Notes: generated by a model from the sequence alone, not told the origin. Shown: positions 19,154 through 29,734, numbered from the stretch's first letter. The stretch: 64,000 nt of DNA from a bacterium (GCA_021777565.1 JAJYDJ010000002.1:69082-133081); one strand, 5' to 3'. Translations and numbers: made by a program.

Positions 19154-20326
19154 TTAACGCTTTAGTACTTCAAGACCGGGGAGTGTGCCTTTCTCAATAT
19201 ATTCAAGCATCGCACCTCCACCAGTTGAAATATGAGAGATCTTTTCAAGATATTCTTCTTTTTCGATCGCCGTAATGGTGTCTCCACCGCCGATGAGTGA
19301 ATATACGTGAGGGTTTTGTGTGATGGCATAGTAGAGAAAATCTGTTCCACGTGAAAACTCTGGTTTTGTTGTATCTCCGACAGGTCCATTCCACACGATC
19401 GTATGTCCCATTGCAATGGTCTCTCCCCATATCGCCTGTGTCTCAGGGCCTATATCAAAGATTGAAGCGTTCTGGGGCACTCTAGAGGCCTTACAGACTA
19501 TAGTATTTGTTTCTTGTTGAATAACCACATCAATCGGGAAAAGAATTGTTTTATTTTTTTCTGCTGCTAACTGGAGTAACTGTTTTGCTTCATCAATATA
19601 CTGACTATCAAAAAGACTTGTGCCGATTTCTTTTCCTTGGGCTGCAAAGAATGTGTTTGCAAGCGCGCCACCAATGAGAAGTGTGTCGGCAATATCTAGA
19701 AACTTTTTAATGACTCCAATTTTTGTTTCTACTTTGGCACCACCAATGATTGCAATAAAAGGTTTTTCTGTTTCTTGTAATACTTTATCAATCGCAACAA
19801 CTTCTTCTTTGAGGGCGAGACCGCCGTAAGAGGGAATGAGTTTTGCTACTTCAGTCACAGAAGTTTGTTCCCGGTGGCAGACATCAAAGGCATCTTCTAC
19901 GAAAACATCTGCCAAGGATGCAAGTTTTTTTGCAAACTCAGGATCTTTGTCCAACTCCTGGGGATAAAAACGAATATTTTCAAGAACGAGAATCTGGTTT
20001 GTCTGTTGATTGGCAAATGTCTCTTGGGGTTCTGTTAAGAAGTCATGGATAAGGGTGACGGTAACTTCAGGCAACAGGTGTTGGAGTCTATCGGCAACAA
20101 TTTGCAGAGAATATGTTTCATCCCTTCCCTCAGGTCTACCCAAATGCCCAACACAAATAACCTTATTCTTATCTGCGAGCAATTTTTTTATGGTAGGGAT
20201 ATTTTTTTGGATACGAAGATCATTGGCAATGGTATGGTTTTGATTTAATGAAACATCAAAGTCTGCACGAAGTAGGACTTTCTTTTCGCTGATGCCAGCG
20301 GTGTCAATATAAGTTATCTGCCCCAT
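19154..20326 (-). CDS. pgk: Phosphoglycerate kinase
   Basis: 'HLGRP', 'LENIRF', 'GGAKVETK', 'WNGP', 'HISTGGGA'. Confidence 0.96.
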   Translation of the reverse strand: MGQITYIDTAGISEKKVLLRADFDVSLNQNHTIANDLRIQKNIPTIKKLLADKNKVICVGHLGRPEGRDETYSLQIVADRLQHLLPEVTVTLIHDFLTEPQETFANQQTNQILVLENIRFYPQELDKDPEFAKKLASLADVFVEDAFDVCHREQTSVTEVAKLIPSYGGLALKEEVVAIDKVLQETEKPFIAIIGGAKVETKIGVIKKFLDIADTLLIGGALANTFFAAQGKEIGTSLFDSQYIDEAKQLLQLAAEKNKTILFPIDVVIQQETNTIVCKASRVPQNASIFDIGPETQAIWGETIAMGHTIVWNGPVGDTTKPEFSRGTDFLYYAITQNPHVYSLIGGGDTITAIEKEEYLEKISHISTGGGAMLEYIEKGTLPGLEVLKR

Positions 20327-20344
20327 AGTATTATTTGTGAGAAG

Positions 20345-20445
20345 TTATCCACTTTTCCACATTTTGGTGTGTTTGTGGATAAAGTGAACTGACTCTTGGG
20401 CATACAACATAGGTTTTCCCCATGATTTTCAACAAGTTTTCCACA
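20345..20445. promoter_or_regulatory. Second DnaA-box cluster in the fba-pgk intergenic region
   Basis: TTATCCACT (20345), TTTTCCACA (20353), TGTGGATAA (20374, inverted), TTTTCCCCA (20414), TTTTCAACA (20426), TTTTCCACA (20437). Confidence 0.8.
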
Positions 20446-20490
20446 TCTTTGACTGGTGGGTGTAAAACATGTTTTTGTGTATACGACATA

Positions 20491-21408
20491 TTATTGATAG
20501 ATTTTTACGACTTCCTCAATTGGTTTACCTTCGCATACCAAAGCGGAAATTGCGTCACAAAGCATAATGCCATCCTGTAATGATTTTTCATGAATATTAC
20601 GTCCCGTTGCGCTCCCACCAGTGCCACCAACAGCAAGCTGTTCAGCGAGGTTTTGAAGGAATACCAGGGGGATGGTCTGCTCACCACCAATACAAACAAC
20701 TCTAGTCCTTCCTGCTGCTTTTACTGCTTGCTGGACAAGCTGCGCACTTGTCTGCGTTTTGGTAGCTGTCGGAGGATATACCTTCACAAAATCAGCACCA
20801 AGACAGGCGCCAACCCCAGCAGCGCCAGCAATCGCCGCTGCGTCTTGCTCATCGCTCTTTTTTAATTCTTTCCCGCGAACATACATCCAAATGATTGCAA
20901 GCATCCCCTGTTCATGTGCTTGTTTTACAACTTGTGCTGCTTCACGAAGATGATACGTTTCATATTCTCCACCAAGATAGACGGTGTATCCAACTCCCAG
21001 GATATTTAGCTTGGATTGTTTTTGAAAATCAACAACATCCTGCACGCTGTACCAAGCAGGACTATAAGGATCAAATTTGTCTTTTGGCAGCAAGTTAGTT
21101 TTAGAGTTTATCTTTACAAGATAGGGGACGTGTGCATAATCGCTTCCATAGCGTGCAATGAGACCAAGTTGAGAAGCAAATACGCCAATCTTTGCTTTGG
21201 ATGCGATCTGAAAAAGATGTTCAGGATTTGCATCCTCAGGAGAGATATTCTCCCCAAAGAAATCTTTGTTTAGATGCTCAACTTTTTGATCACCCGCAAA
21301 AAGCATAAGTCTGCCACTCCCACGAGTCGCGATATCAAAATTGTGATGATACTGTTTCTCTTTGTCACGTGCTACATCAAGTGGAATATGCAGTGTATAA
21401 CTTCCCAT
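20491..21408 (-). CDS. fbaB: Class I (DhnA/FbaB-type) fructose-bisphosphate aldolase
   Basis: 'AGDQKVEH', 'GYTVYLG', 'WMYVRG', Schiff-base 'GADFVKV', 'GRNIH'. Start moved to ATG 21408. Confidence 0.88.
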   Translation of the reverse strand: MGSYTLHIPLDVARDKEKQYHHNFDIATRGSGRLMLFAGDQKVEHLNKDFFGENISPEDANPEHLFQIASKAKIGVFASQLGLIARYGSDYAHVPYLVKINSKTNLLPKDKFDPYSPAWYSVQDVVDFQKQSKLNILGVGYTVYLGGEYETYHLREAAQVVKQAHEQGMLAIIWMYVRGKELKKSDEQDAAAIAGAAGVGACLGADFVKVYPPTATKTQTSAQLVQQAVKAAGRTRVVCIGGEQTIPLVFLQNLAEQLAVGGTGGSATGRNIHEKSLQDGIMLCDAISALVCEGKPIEEVVKIYQ

Positions 21409-21486
21409 ACCCTTAGTATGTACAAAAATCATATAAAAAGACAAGTCTTACTGTCGTTTCGAGCCTGAACGTGTTACAATTGCACC

Positions 21487-23649
21487 ATGGCACAAACAAC
21501 ATTACCAAAAGAAACAGAACAAAAAATCTATCAAATGTGGGAGGAGGGTGGCTATTTCAAGGCAGATCCTGACAGTGAAAAGAAACCATACTCTCTTCTT
21601 ATGCCCCCACCAAATTTAACTGGAAAACTGCACATGGGTCATGCCATGCAACATTCCATCCTTGATGCGCTGGCCCGATTCAAGCGTATGCAAGGCTATG
21701 ATGTATTGCTCCTTCCTGGGGTGGATCATGCTGGAATTTTGTTTGAAGGGACACTAAACAAACAGCTTGCAAAAGAGAACCTTTCAAAACAGAAATTAGG
21801 CAGAGATGCCTGGATGGAGAAGGCATGGGCATTTAAAGAAGAAAACTACAATGCATTTCATAACACCTGGAAAGTTATTGGCGTGTCTGCTGATTGGTCA
21901 CGAGAAGTATTTACGTTTCAAGAGAGTGTGCAACAGTCAGTGGTGGAAGAGTTTAGAAAGTTCTGGGATCAGGGCTTGTTATATAAAGGTGCTTACATTG
22001 TGCAGTGGTGTCCTAAATGTGGTACAGCAATTGAAGATCTAGAAATGGAATATGAAGAGCGAAAAGAGAAGCTTTACTACGTAAAGTATGCTGTCGAAGG
22101 GAAGAGTGAAGAATTTGTAACAATTGCAACAGCCAGACCGGAAACTATTTTTGCAGATAGTGCTATCGCGGTCTATCCTGGTCACCCAGAGTTTCAACAA
22201 TATGTTGGATCGCTGGTCATAAATCCGCTCACTGGCGCTCAGATTCCAGTGATTGAAGACAAGCGAGTAGATAAAGATTTTGGTACTGGTGCCCTTAAAA
22301 TTACGCCAGGGCATGACCCATTGGATTATGAAGTTGGCAGGGACCATGACCTCCCAATGTTTCATGCGATTGATAAGACAGGGCACATGACGCACCTGGC
22401 TATGTATGGAGATGGGAAAGATGACACCATGGAAGGCTTTACGATTACTGAAGCACGATCCCGAAGTGAGGCTATTCTGCAAGAGCGGGGAGCGATTGAG
22501 AAAATTGAAGAATATACACACTCCGTACCGGTGTGTGAGAGATGCAAGACAACAGTAGAGCCATTGGTTTCTGAGGAATGGTTTGTGAAGATGAAAGATA
22601 TTGCTGCCAAAGCGATAGAACATATTGGCGAAATTAACTTTGCACCAAAACATTACGAAGAGATGCTATCTGATTGGCTCTCAAAGATTCATGATTGGTC
22701 CATCTCTCGTTCTCTCTGGTGGGGACACCGTATCCCTGTCTGGTATTGTGAAAATTCTAACCCAGGACACAAGGTAGGGAAGGATCAAGATTTGGTGATA
22801 TCATTTGCCAAACCTGAAGTGGCCTGTTCGTGTGGTGCACAGAATTGGGTTCAAGATGAACAAGTGCTAGACACGTGGTTCTCAAGTGGCATGTGGCCAC
22901 TCGTTACTCTTGGGTGGCCTGAGAAAACAAAAGAATTTACTAAATATTTCCCATTTGATTTTGAACTGACATCACCTGATATTCGCTATTTATGGATTGC
23001 ACGCATGATTATGCTCGCACTTCATTTCGAGGATAGCATCCCGTTTAAAAACATGTTCTTTCATGGAAGACTTCTTGATTTACAAGGTAGGAAGTTCTCA
23101 AAGTCACTCGGAAATGGTATTGATCCGGATGAACTGCGTGAAGCATGGGGAACAGATGCAATGCGTATGACGCTTTACAGCTATAGTGCACCAGGACGAG
23201 ATGCGAAGGTTAATCGTCAGATTATGGATGAAAGGTGTAAGAGTTATCGAAACTTTGCAACAAAGCTGCAAAACCTGGCAAGATTTATTTATGAATTGAA
23301 ACCAGAGGAGACAGATGGGGAATCGAGTGGACAACACGAAGACGATACAAAAATGAGAGAGAGAATGCAGGGGGTCATTAAGGAAGTGACAGGTTATATT
23401 GATGGATTTCAGCTCCATTTGGCAGTTGACACGCTCTATTCATTTGTGTGGCATGAATTTGCTGATATCTATGTGGAAAGCACCAAATCACGTCGAGCAC
23501 AAGCTCAAGAGACACTGGAATACATTTTCTCAACAAGTTTGACACTCCTGCATCCATTCATGCCGTTTGTGACTGAGGATATTTATCAGAGACTGTATCC
23601 TGAAGAGGCGAGAAAAGCCCCCCTCATGATCAAAACCTGGCCAAAATAG
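21487..23649 (+). CDS. valS: Valine--tRNA ligase (no C-terminal coiled-coil arm)
   Basis: 'PPPNLTGKLHMGH', 'FGTGALKITPGHD', 'WGHRIP', 'LDTWFSS', 'KFSKSLGN'. Confidence 0.95.
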   Translation: MAQTTLPKETEQKIYQMWEEGGYFKADPDSEKKPYSLLMPPPNLTGKLHMGHAMQHSILDALARFKRMQGYDVLLLPGVDHAGILFEGTLNKQLAKENLSKQKLGRDAWMEKAWAFKEENYNAFHNTWKVIGVSADWSREVFTFQESVQQSVVEEFRKFWDQGLLYKGAYIVQWCPKCGTAIEDLEMEYEERKEKLYYVKYAVEGKSEEFVTIATARPETIFADSAIAVYPGHPEFQQYVGSLVINPLTGAQIPVIEDKRVDKDFGTGALKITPGHDPLDYEVGRDHDLPMFHAIDKTGHMTHLAMYGDGKDDTMEGFTITEARSRSEAILQERGAIEKIEEYTHSVPVCERCKTTVEPLVSEEWFVKMKDIAAKAIEHIGEINFAPKHYEEMLSDWLSKIHDWSISRSLWWGHRIPVWYCENSNPGHKVGKDQDLVISFAKPEVACSCGAQNWVQDEQVLDTWFSSGMWPLVTLGWPEKTKEFTKYFPFDFELTSPDIRYLWIARMIMLALHFEDSIPFKNMFFHGRLLDLQGRKFSKSLGNGIDPDELREAWGTDAMRMTLYSYSAPGRDAKVNRQIMDERCKSYRNFATKLQNLARFIYELKPEETDGESSGQHEDDTKMRERMQGVIKEVTGYIDGFQLHLAVDTLYSFVWHEFADIYVESTKSRRAQAQETLEYIFSTSLTLLHPFMPFVTEDIYQRLYPEEARKAPLMIKTWPK

Positions 23650-23677
23650 GGAAACACAAAAATGTGAGGAATGGGGA

Positions 23678-24361
23678 TTATCCTTCTGATTCTTCAGCTG
23701 CAGCTTCTTCAGTCTTTTCTTCTTCGCCCTCAGTTCCTTCTTCACCTTCTGGAGTCTCCGCACCTTCTTCGCCTTCAGTGACAACTGGTTCTTCTTCAAC
23801 CTCTTCTGGAACGCCGGCTATCTTTACAATGGTCTCCTCGGCACCGGTCAGAATCTCAACGCCTTCTGGGGCTTTCAAATCACCAACAGTGATTCCTTCA
23901 TCAACGGCGGTTAATTTTTCAACGTTGACCACAAAACTTTCTGGAAGATTGGTTGGGAGCGCTTCAACTTCAACCTCGCTGAGAACCTGCATAAGCATGC
24001 CAAGCCCTTCTGTGACTGCTGGGGATTCTCCTTCGAGAACAACGGGGACCATTGAAGTAAGTTTTTCTTTCAAGTTTACTTGCAGAAGGTCTGCGTGGAT
24101 CGGGACTCTTTTGACATAATCATATTGCACATCCTGGATAAGGATTGGGTGCACCTCTCCTGCGATAGTAAGGTCGGTCAAACCGTTGGCGCCTGCTTCT
24201 TTATACAGTGCCATAAAAGTTTTAGTGTCTGCTTGAAGCGCCATGGGTTCAGTCCCAGCGCCATATAAATGAAGTGGGAGAATGCCTTTCGCACGAAGCT
24301 GTTTCACTTTTTTGCCCGTGACACTTCGTACATCTGCGGAAAGCTGATATCTTTTTTGCAT
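23678..24361 (-). CDS. rplY: 50S ribosomal protein L25 (Ctc form)
   Basis: 'GKKVKQLRAKGILP..YG', 'PIHADL', acidic tail. Confidence 0.95.
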   Translation of the reverse strand: MQKRYQLSADVRSVTGKKVKQLRAKGILPLHLYGAGTEPMALQADTKTFMALYKEAGANGLTDLTIAGEVHPILIQDVQYDYVKRVPIHADLLQVNLKEKLTSMVPVVLEGESPAVTEGLGMLMQVLSEVEVEALPTNLPESFVVNVEKLTAVDEGITVGDLKAPEGVEILTGAEETIVKIAGVPEEVEEEPVVTEGEEGAETPEGEEGTEGEEEKTEEAAAEESEG

Positions 24362-24416
24362 GCTGATATTATACCGGATGGATGACTTTTCTGCAAACGT
24401 AAGCTACGATAGGGGC

Positions 24417-24899
24417 ATGCGTATCTTAGGAATCGATCCCGGAATTGGAAGAACCGGTTGGGGAATCATTGATACAGACGGCCAAAAATCAACAGTTGTT
24501 GCGTATGGGTGTATAGAAACTGAACCAAAATCAGAAACTCCAGGGAGGCTTTTTGCACTCTACGATGAAGTGACAAACATAATGAAAGAATACTCGCCTG
24601 AAGCATTCTCTATTGAAGATCTTTTCTTCAACAAAAATGTTACGACAGCGCTGACGGTGGGGCAGGCTCGAGGAGTAATTATTCTGGCCGCGGTACAGCA
24701 CAATCTTCCTGTTGCGGTATATACACCCCTACAAGTAAAAATGGCACTCACAGGCTATGGTAGGGCAGAAAAATCACAAGTAGGGAAAATGGTACAGCTA
24801 ATACTTAAACTGCCCAAAATTCCAACACCCGATGATACCGCTGATGCCCTGGCTATAGCACTTACTCATGGGATGAGCTATAAGATGAAGCGAAAGTGA
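24417..24899 (+). CDS. ruvC: Holliday junction resolvase
   Basis: 'MRILGIDPG', 'EDLFFNKN', 'GQARG', 'DDTADALAIA'. Confidence 0.97.
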   Translation: MRILGIDPGIGRTGWGIIDTDGQKSTVVAYGCIETEPKSETPGRLFALYDEVTNIMKEYSPEAFSIEDLFFNKNVTTALTVGQARGVIILAAVQHNLPVAVYTPLQVKMALTGYGRAEKSQVGKMVQLILKLPKIPTPDDTADALAIALTHGMSYKMKRK

Positions 24900-24944
24900 C
24901 CTTTCCTATTTGTATTTTTTTCTGCTATTCTTGAGAAGTAAATT

Positions 24945-25499
24945 ATGATTGGAAGTCTTCGTGGTACAGTACTATCTCTGAGCGGTGGCATATTACTTCT
25001 GGATGTTCATGGGGTTGGGTATCGTGTCTTTGTCCCAGTTTCACTTTTAAGTAAGAAGGTGGGAGATGAAGTCATTATCTATACGCATTTACATGTAAAG
25101 GAAGATGCGCTTGATCTTTTTGGATTTGAAAATCCAGATGAGCTTTCCCTTTTTGAGAAACTCATTACAGTTTCGGGCGTTGGTCCCAAAACAGCACTTG
25201 GTGTATTTACCCTTGGCACTGGACAAGAGATTGTTACGGCACTGGAAAAAGGGGATGTCGCATTTTTTACTCGAGTCCCTCGTCTGGGAACAAAGAATGC
25301 GCAGAAGATTATTGTAGAACTCAAGGGAAAGATCGATCTGTCTGATATGAATGTCGGCGCAGGAGACAGAGACGTGGTTGATGCCCTGATTGGCTTTGGA
25401 TTTAGCGAAAAGGAAGCTCGAGATGCTCTCAAACTGGGTGATGCCAATGCCGAAACCTCAACTCGTATAAAAATGGCATTAAAAAATTTGGGGAGATAA
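24945..25499 (+). CDS. ruvA: Holliday junction branch migration protein
   Basis: 'GVGYRV', 'VSGVGPKTAL', 'IIVELKGK'. Confidence 0.96.
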   Translation: MIGSLRGTVLSLSGGILLLDVHGVGYRVFVPVSLLSKKVGDEVIIYTHLHVKEDALDLFGFENPDELSLFEKLITVSGVGPKTALGVFTLGTGQEIVTALEKGDVAFFTRVPRLGTKNAQKIIVELKGKIDLSDMNVGAGDRDVVDALIGFGFSEKEARDALKLGDANAETSTRIKMALKNLGR

Positions 25500-25502
25500 T
25501 CT

Positions 25503-26501
25503 ATGGAAGAAAATATATTTGATCCAGTGATTGTGCAAGAAGAAGAAAAACTGTTTGCATCTTTACGGGCAGACAATTGGGATAGCTTCTTAGGACAAGA
25601 AGGAATAAAAGAATCATTACATGTTGCCATCACTGCTGCAAAGAAGCGCAATGAGGCTATGGAGCATGTTCTTTTTTATGGGCCCCCGGGTTTGGGCAAA
25701 ACCACACTTTCTCATTTGATTGCGAAAGAAATGGGTACGAATATCCGCGTGACGAGTGGCCCCGCCATTGAAAGAGCGGGAGATCTGGCAGCCATTCTAA
25801 CTAATCTTGAGAAAGGGGATATTTTGTTTATTGATGAGATTCACAGACTGCGCACTCAAATTGAAGAAACGTTATATTCTGCCATGGAAGACTATGCACT
25901 AGATATCGTGGTTGGCAAAGGGCCGTCTGCACGAACACTTCGTATTGATTTACCCCAATTCACACTCGTTGGTGCGACGACAAAAGCAGGAAGCCTTTCA
26001 GGGCCTTTGAGAGATCGTTTCGGTGTGGTGCATCGACTTAATTTTTATAGCCCTGAGGAAATCATGAAAATTCTTGAGTCAGCTGCAGAGAAATTGCACA
26101 TTACTATAGATAAACCAAGTCTTCGTGCCCTGGCTGATAGGTCACGTGGGACGCCTCGTATTGCCTTGAGACTCTTGAAGAGAGTGCGAGATATGGCACA
26201 GATTCAAGATATTTCCCATGTTAACGAACATATTACTGCGCAAGCACTTTCACTGTTATCTATTGACGAAAAAGGCTTGGATGACTTGGACAGACGGTAT
26301 CTGTCCTCTATAATACATATGCACCGAGGTGGGCCAGTTGGTGTTGAAACATTGGCCGCGAGCCTGTCAGAAGATATAGGGACACTTGAGGAAGTAGTTG
26401 AGCCATATTTGTTGCAAATTGGATTCTTACAGAAAACCCCACGTGGGAGAGTGGCTAATGACAGCGCGTACTCGCACCTTCATGTTGAAAAAAAAGTATG
26501 A
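25503..26501 (+). CDS. ruvB: Holliday junction DNA helicase
   Basis: 'GPPGLGKTT', 'FIDEIHR', 'LRDRFG', 'SRGTPR', 'TPRGR'. Confidence 0.98.
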   Translation: MEENIFDPVIVQEEEKLFASLRADNWDSFLGQEGIKESLHVAITAAKKRNEAMEHVLFYGPPGLGKTTLSHLIAKEMGTNIRVTSGPAIERAGDLAAILTNLEKGDILFIDEIHRLRTQIEETLYSAMEDYALDIVVGKGPSARTLRIDLPQFTLVGATTKAGSLSGPLRDRFGVVHRLNFYSPEEIMKILESAAEKLHITIDKPSLRALADRSRGTPRIALRLLKRVRDMAQIQDISHVNEHITAQALSLLSIDEKGLDDLDRRYLSSIIHMHRGGPVGVETLAASLSEDIGTLEEVVEPYLLQIGFLQKTPRGRVANDSAYSHLHVEKKV

Positions 26502-27376
26502 TACTTCTCAAAAGCAAACATCATCAACTCAAACCTCACGAACACCAAACTATCACACTTACTGATGGGAGACTTTTGGGATTTGCAGAATATGGTGATC
26601 CAAAAGGGAGCCCATTATTTTATTTCCATGGGTGGCCAGGCTCACGACTTCGTATATCATCCCTTGATGAGGATGCAAAAGCAGCCGGGATTCGCATGAT
26701 TAGTCTTGATAGACCCGGGTATGGCCTCTCTACGTATAAAAAGGAGAGACAACTGCTTGATTGGCCAGATGATGTTACTGCCCTCGCCGATCATCTCAAG
26801 ATAAAAAAATTTGCTATTGCTGGAATATCGGGAGGAGGGCCATATGCGGCCGTGTGCGCATACAAGATCCCAGAAAGGCTCACGAAAGTAGGTATCGTAG
26901 TAGGACTTGCTCCAACATATGTGCCAGGTGTTTTGAGTGACATGCCACTTGCTTATAAGGCAGGGTGGGCAAATTACGCAAAGTCACCAGTAATCGCCCA
27001 TATTGGTTCATCATTTCATCATTTAGCTGTCAAATTCCCTTTGGGATTATCTGATCCATTCTCTCCAAAAGTAGATAGAAATGTTATTGGTCCACAGCGC
27101 AAAGAGTCTTTAGTCAGTCTTCGCGAGGCATTCCGACAAGGGAGAAAAGGTCCGGCGCGGGATCTTATGATTTATAGCAAAGACTGGGGATTTGATTTGA
27201 GGGATATTCATGTACCAGTGCATCTTTGGTATGCACAAAAAGACAAAAATGTTCCTGTGACGATGGGTGAATATTACCACAAACAAATTAAGGGAAGTAC
27301 GCTTGTGATATACCCACAAGAAGGTCACATGGTATCCATAACGCACGCAAAAGAAATATTTGAAGTACTCTCTTAA
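26498..27376 (+). CDS. Alpha/beta hydrolase
   Basis: 'FHGWPGSR', 'DRPGYGLS', nucleophile 'GISGG', C-terminal 'EGH'. Confidence 0.9.
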   Translation: MILLKSKHHQLKPHEHQTITLTDGRLLGFAEYGDPKGSPLFYFHGWPGSRLRISSLDEDAKAAGIRMISLDRPGYGLSTYKKERQLLDWPDDVTALADHLKIKKFAIAGISGGGPYAAVCAYKIPERLTKVGIVVGLAPTYVPGVLSDMPLAYKAGWANYAKSPVIAHIGSSFHHLAVKFPLGLSDPFSPKVDRNVIGPQRKESLVSLREAFRQGRKGPARDLMIYSKDWGFDLRDIHVPVHLWYAQKDKNVPVTMGEYYHKQIKGSTLVIYPQEGHMVSITHAKEIFEVLS

Positions 27377-29724
27377 AGAGTAAGATGGAATATCTCCTGT
27401 AAGAAAGGTGTAAAAGTAAGTAAACATTGGAGCAAGATAGTAAGAATTGCTGTCCCAATAAGAAACATATTTGAAAATATTTTTTGCTTTCCACGCACAA
27501 CAAAAACAAGAACAATTTCCATAACGATTAAAAAGTTAAAGACAACTGTTCGTGCGATAGAGACTCCAAGAACATGATCTAACTGCGAGAAGAGGAAGAA
27601 GCAAAGGCTGGCAAGAAAGGTCCCTGCCGTCAGGACAAATATGAGCCTTTTACTTGTTAAGAAATGATCGCGTATTGCATGGGGATGGCTATTTTTTAGC
27701 ACACCATCGTGGGGATCATTAGCAAGTGCAAGGGCTGGAAGTCCATCAGTAATAAGGTTGATCCAGAGAATTTGTGTGGGCAGAAGTGGCATGTCTGTAT
27801 TGCCAAAGGTGGCAAACATCACGAGTAGGAGTTCTCCTAAATTGCCACTGACAAGATAAGTAATTGCTTTCACGACGTTGGCATATATTCTTCTTCCTTC
27901 ATGAACCGCAGAAACAATGGTTGCAAAGTTATCATCCTGAAGGACAATATCACTTGCTTCACGCGCGACATCGGTCCCTTTTTCTCCCATCGCGAGTCCA
28001 ACATTTGCTTGTTTCAGGGCGAGGGCATCATTCACTCCATCACCAGTAACCCCAACCAGGTGGCCAGCGCTTTGAAATGCTTTTACTAGGCGAAGTTTAT
28101 GTTCCGGCGTTGTCCTTGCAAAGAGATTTGTTGTTTCAATAGTCTGCAAAAGATCGGCATCATTCATCTCATCAATCTCGCTCCCTGTTACAACATGAGA
28201 AGATTTTTGTGTGATGCCAACATCCTGCGCAATTGACTCAGCCGTGAGGGGATTGTCTCCTGTAACCATAACAACACGAATACCAGAATTGTGCGCATCA
28301 TCTACCGCCTGTTTTGCCTCCTTACGAGGAGGATCGTAAAGACAAAGAAATCCTAAGAAGGTTAAGTTCTCCTCAATCTCCGTTCGGGAAAATTTTTTGC
28401 CCTTAGTAATTCCTTTTTGTGCTGCAGCAATAACACGCAGCCCTTTTGCTGCATACGATTGATAGCGCCTTGTTAAAGATTCTTTTTCACTTTCAGAAAT
28501 ACGACACATGTTCAGAATACTCTCTGGAGCGCCACGGGAGATGACTAATGTTTTTTTGTGATACGATGCTATCGTTGTAATACTTTTTGTTTTGGGATTA
28601 AAAGTGTATTCATCAATAATCTCGATTGGTTCATCGATATATTCGTTCCCTTGTTCAGTAGCCCAGAGAAGGAGTGCCCCATCTGTCTTATCTCCAATGA
28701 TGCGTGGTTGTCCGTGTTGGTCAGTTATATGGGCAGTGTTACCGATCATACATGCGTGAATTAGCTCATGTAAAAACTTCTTTTGCGGCACCCAAACATC
28801 TTTAACTTTCATATCGTTTTGAGTAATTGTCCCGGTTTTATCTGTCAGGATAACCGTAATTGCGCCAATAGTCTCTATACTGGAAAGTCGCCTCACAATT
28901 GCATGCTTTTGTGCCATGCGGTTGGTCCCCAAAGAGAGTGCAATAGTTATAACAACAGGCAGGCTCTCTGGGATTGCGGCAACGCTGATACTAATAACCA
29001 ATAAAATAAGGGGATACAAGTCTTTGCCATAGGCGATGCCTGCAGGAAGGATAAGGAGGGCCATTAAAAGGGCGAATAAAGAAAGGATACGGGTAAGTCC
29101 TGAAATCTGGTGCTGGAGTGGTGTTTCTTCCTCGGTGACGGTGCCAAGCGTGGTAGAGATTTGCCCAAGCTTGGTTGTTTTACCTATTTTGACAACCTCC
29201 ATCACCCCTTTCCCCTTTGCAACAAAGGTCCCCATTAATACCTCCTCCTGAATAGACTTTGAGACCGGAAGCGATTCTCCAGTTACCAGTGATTCATCAA
29301 TTTCAATTTGGGTAGCCCGTTTTAAAAATCCATCTGCAGGGATGCGGTCTCCCTCGTTAAGTATGACGATGTCCCCTGGAACAAGTTGACTACTTTCTGT
29401 CTCAAATGTTTTTCCATTTCGAATAACAACGCAGCGAGGTTGAGAAAATTGTTTAAGTTTTTCAATTGCTTTTTCTGCTTTAAATTCTTGATAGAAACCT
29501 AACGTTGCACTTAGAAGAACAATAAAAAGGATGAATATACCATCCAGTGGTTCATGAATGGCAAATGAGAAGAGAGCACCCAGAGCAAGAATGCCATTGA
29601 TAAGTGTAGGGAACTGTCTTAAAAAGAGTTTTTGTGTCGTAAATCTTCTCTCAACAGATAATGCATTCTCCCCAAAAGTGTTTCGCAGCTTTAAATAGTC
29701 TTCGTTGCTGAGACCTCGTTCCAT
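27373..29724 (-). CDS. P-type cation-transporting ATPase (type II, Ca2+-like)
   Basis: 'TGES', 'AAIPESLP', 'DKTGT', 'DPPR', 'TGDGVND', 'WINLITDG'. Confidence 0.93.
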   Translation of the reverse strand: MERGLSNEDYLKLRNTFGENALSVERRFTTQKLFLRQFPTLINGILALGALFSFAIHEPLDGIFILFIVLLSATLGFYQEFKAEKAIEKLKQFSQPRCVVIRNGKTFETESSQLVPGDIVILNEGDRIPADGFLKRATQIEIDESLVTGESLPVSKSIQEEVLMGTFVAKGKGVMEVVKIGKTTKLGQISTTLGTVTEEETPLQHQISGLTRILSLFALLMALLILPAGIAYGKDLYPLILLVISISVAAIPESLPVVITIALSLGTNRMAQKHAIVRRLSSIETIGAITVILTDKTGTITQNDMKVKDVWVPQKKFLHELIHACMIGNTAHITDQHGQPRIIGDKTDGALLLWATEQGNEYIDEPIEIIDEYTFNPKTKSITTIASYHKKTLVISRGAPESILNMCRISESEKESLTRRYQSYAAKGLRVIAAAQKGITKGKKFSRTEIEENLTFLGFLCLYDPPRKEAKQAVDDAHNSGIRVVMVTGDNPLTAESIAQDVGITQKSSHVVTGSEIDEMNDADLLQTIETTNLFARTTPEHKLRLVKAFQSAGHLVGVTGDGVNDALALKQANVGLAMGEKGTDVAREASDIVLQDDNFATIVSAVHEGRRIYANVVKAITYLVSGNLGELLLVMFATFGNTDMPLLPTQILWINLITDGLPALALANDPHDGVLKNSHPHAIRDHFLTSKRLIFVLTAGTFLASLCFFLFSQLDHVLGVSIARTVVFNFLIVMEIVLVFVVRGKQKIFSNMFLIGTAILTILLQCLLTFTPFLQEIFHLTL

Positions 29725-29734
29725 ATATCTATCG

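Noticed and set aside
22039-22653. 204-aa antisense ORF in valS (also 25079-25651, 46078-46656, 53997-54530)
   Set aside because: Shadow ORFs opposite well-supported genes; no motifs.
23664-24119. Ser-rich 151-aa ORF
   Set aside because: Antisense reading of the Glu-rich rplY tail.
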